This document shows positions 61,201 through 64,000 of a stretch of 64,000 bases of DNA, piece after piece (within the stretch, counting starts at the first letter, position 1; the number at the start of each line of letters is the position of its first letter). Under the pieces are notes generated by a model, which was given only the letters and a program-made list of their open reading frames with translations, searched no databases and had not been told where the DNA came from. Origin of the DNA: Hamiltosporidium tvaerminnensis FI-OER-3-3. Taxonomy: Eukaryota; Fungi; Microsporidia. Made by a program: the position numbers and the translations under genes. The stretch spans positions 62,001 through 126,000 of the forward strand of contig JAKIMF020000001.1 in the NCBI GenBank assembly GCA_022605425.2, written 5' to 3'.

Positions 61201-64000
61201 TTTTAAAAAGAAAAGTTATTGATGAAGATTAAAAATGCTCTGATGTAATTTAAGTTGTAAATAGCGTAAGTGATATAATTGATAAAAATACTTACCGTTT
61301 ATAAAATATTAAAATAGCTCATTTTAAGAATTATTTTTACAGTTATCAAATAAATTGTTTAAAGTATAGATTCGAAAGTTTAATGGAAACTAGCGCATAT
61401 GCCAGAAATTTAAAAATAGATAAAGATAAAAAGTATTGTTTTTAAATGAAAAAAACTTTACTCTCTGCTTGAATGTAAATTATTTAAAAAAAATTGCCAT
61501 GAAGTCATCAACTCGATTTAAGAAACAAAATTATTAAGAACCATGTGTTTTTAATTTGATTCGTATATTTCGCAAGTATCTGCGCATAAGAAATTTATTT
61601 TATATTTGCTTACATTCAATTTAAAAAAAATGTTACAAATGTACAGAAAAAAACCCCAAAACTTAATGTAAAAGCAAGCTATTTTAATCTATAGAAAATA
61701 ATACCTTTAAAAAGGAATATTCGAGTTCTAGTTAGGTACTATTTATTGCAAAATAGAAAAGTTTCTCTAGGCTGACAATCAGGCATTTCAAAAGAAAGAT
61801 TGTAAAAGTCAAAATACAAAGGTTCAGGTTTTATCACTCATAGATTCAGTACGTTCAAAGAAAAAACATAAGAAATTGTCAATATACAGGTAAAACCATG
61901 TCGTTAATTGAGAAATTCAAAAATCTCTAACCTAATCTGGCATGCTACAAATTTTAAGTTTATATTTAAAGGTATTTTTCAATGTTTCGTATGCAGTTGC
62001 CAGTCGAATAGAACATAGAGTTCTTATGCGCCTTTTGGTGTTCGATAAGGTTAAATGCTTTGATTATTAACCATTTTTAGCCCTAAATGGAACACAATTT
62101 GCCTTTAGAAAATAGAAAGATTACCAGAAAAGAAGATTTTAAAGAATCAATTACATATCCGTTAGCTTCATAGAAAATGCTTTTGTTAAGAGAAACAGAA
62201 GTTTGGTTATTAAAAAAACGTGATATTCATTTTTTAATCAAATTTAAGAACTCATAAAATTAACAATAACCTAAATCCATGAAATTTTCAAAACCCTTCT
62301 CTAATCTGTTCATAATAAATCACATAGTATAAATTAAAAGTACAAATTTCAAATACAATTTAGAAATAAAAAAAATTATATTCATATTCTATCTATTACC
62401 TGAATCCATCGCATTACATGTAATTGTGACATGAAATTTGGTAAGTAATAAAAGATAAAACATATAAAATAAACAGGAATTAAAATTTTATACAAAATGT
62501 ACAGTTTCAACAATAAAACAATATTTTAGCAAGATTTTATTTGATTTGATTTGCCTTCGAATTTATGCTGAAATTGTTTTTTCTTGAATTCTATGTAAGA
62601 GGAAAAAGAATGTTCATATTAAACCTGGATATTTCCCAGAATATTGCCGACTTGCTTCTTTGTAATATTTCAAAAAAAATTTGAATATTTTTTTTGATCA
62701 AGTGAATTTATAGATTTCGTATTCTAATTTGCATTTACGAATGTGTAGACGTGTTTATACCACTTGAAGAACATTATGTAGAGCGACTATGAATTAAATA
62801 AAACAAATATATGCTTTTTAATAAAAATGCACGTTTATTTTGCTTGCTATAATGTAAAAAACTTAACATTATTGATTAATTTTTTCATTCATGGTGATTG
62901 TATAATTAAACAAGAATTTTCAAATTTTCTCGATTGAAAGATTGATTTTTTATATTTAATGCCTTTTTGCATATGGTACAAAAAACATATTCTAAGTTTT
63001 TTAAAAATTGTCCGAAATTATGTGATTACTAACTTAAATAATCTGTTTAACGCAATTTTGACATATCATATTTTCATATTTAAAAACCAAAAAGAAAAAT
63101 AAGAAGAATTAATCTGTAAGATTTCTAGATACATTTAAGTGTAAGAGTTATCTGTTTTATCGCAATATGTGGTTAAAAAATGTTATCGCTTATCCACCCC
63201 ATATGCATCAAAAGCGCAAACGTCTTTTTCTTAAATTTTTTAAATTAAAGGATTTAAACCGTGGTTCCAACAACATTAAATAATAGTAAAATTTATCCTT
63301 TTTTTTAGCATTGGAATATATAACTTATCGAATTGTACGCTAACTAAGATATTGCTAAGCTTAAAATTTGCTTACATGCTATTTAATCAAGATCGAAAAG
63401 ACGCGGGAAAATATATATAAATTGTCGGACCCATATATGGAGTTTACTTATATAAGGCACCAAAAAAATATTTTTATCCTTTTATTAATAAAAATCTAGA
63501 TGCTAATTTTTTTTTGCTGAACTCTCATTAAGGGTTTGATATTTTTTTATTCATTTATATAGTTTTAGAGGGAAATTTGATTCGCAAAATTCATTTAAAG
63601 TTATTTTAATTATGTTAGAAATAAACAGTATATAGTTATTGTAGAGTGGAGCCACATTTACTATTTTTATTTGTAAAATAGTTGCTATGAGGTATCTAAG
63701 TGCTTATCTTCGAATTAACGAAGATTCTGATTTTCATTACTACTGTATCGTATTTTATCCAAGAGATGTGGTACTTAGTTGAAAATACTTTGATAATCCA
63801 TTGATACGAAGAAAAAAAACGAATAGCTAAAGAAAAAGAAAACTTTTTAATTACAGAAAGGTTTGTTCTGATAGTTCTAGAATTTTTCAAGAAAAGGTTC
63901 AAGAATATTAAAAGATATATGTAGAGACATCTAACAAGGCTTTAAAAACATAATAATATTTGTTTTATGTTCATTTTCTATATTACATCATTGTTTAATC

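Noticed and set aside
61700-62800. Possible pogo/Tigger-like relic on the minus strand
   Set aside because: Only vague motif resemblance; needs BLASTX.

Overview
This is AT-rich, gene-sparse, intron-free eukaryotic DNA, most consistent with a large-genome microsporidian (Hamiltosporidium-like; inferred from compact divergent housekeeping genes, CCC motifs just upstream of ATGs, and AACACCC minisatellites). Genes: proteasome alpha-2, RPL10, a Spt7-like bromodomain protein, Nop10 (missed by the ORF track), Rad17/Rad24-like ATPase, UBE2W-like E2, two convergent GATA factors, a frameshifted DHHC palmitoyltransferase and several lineage-specific secreted/LRR-like proteins. The main signal is a retroelement system. 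It comprises a near-intact single-ORF R4/Dong-type non-LTR retrotransposon (RT + CCHC + PD-(D/E)xK endonuclease) with four remnants, plus a non-coding SINE-like family with no tRNA-like head that I can recognise. That family has six ~720-bp copies (three with 12-15 bp target-site duplications) and four or five ~220-bp copies sharing the same 5' hairpin head, which shows compensatory base changes. A SINE head lies next to a retrotransposon 3'-end segment at four loci. Decayed Merlin/ISXO2, two hAT, an integrase-type and an RTE-tail-like element are also present.
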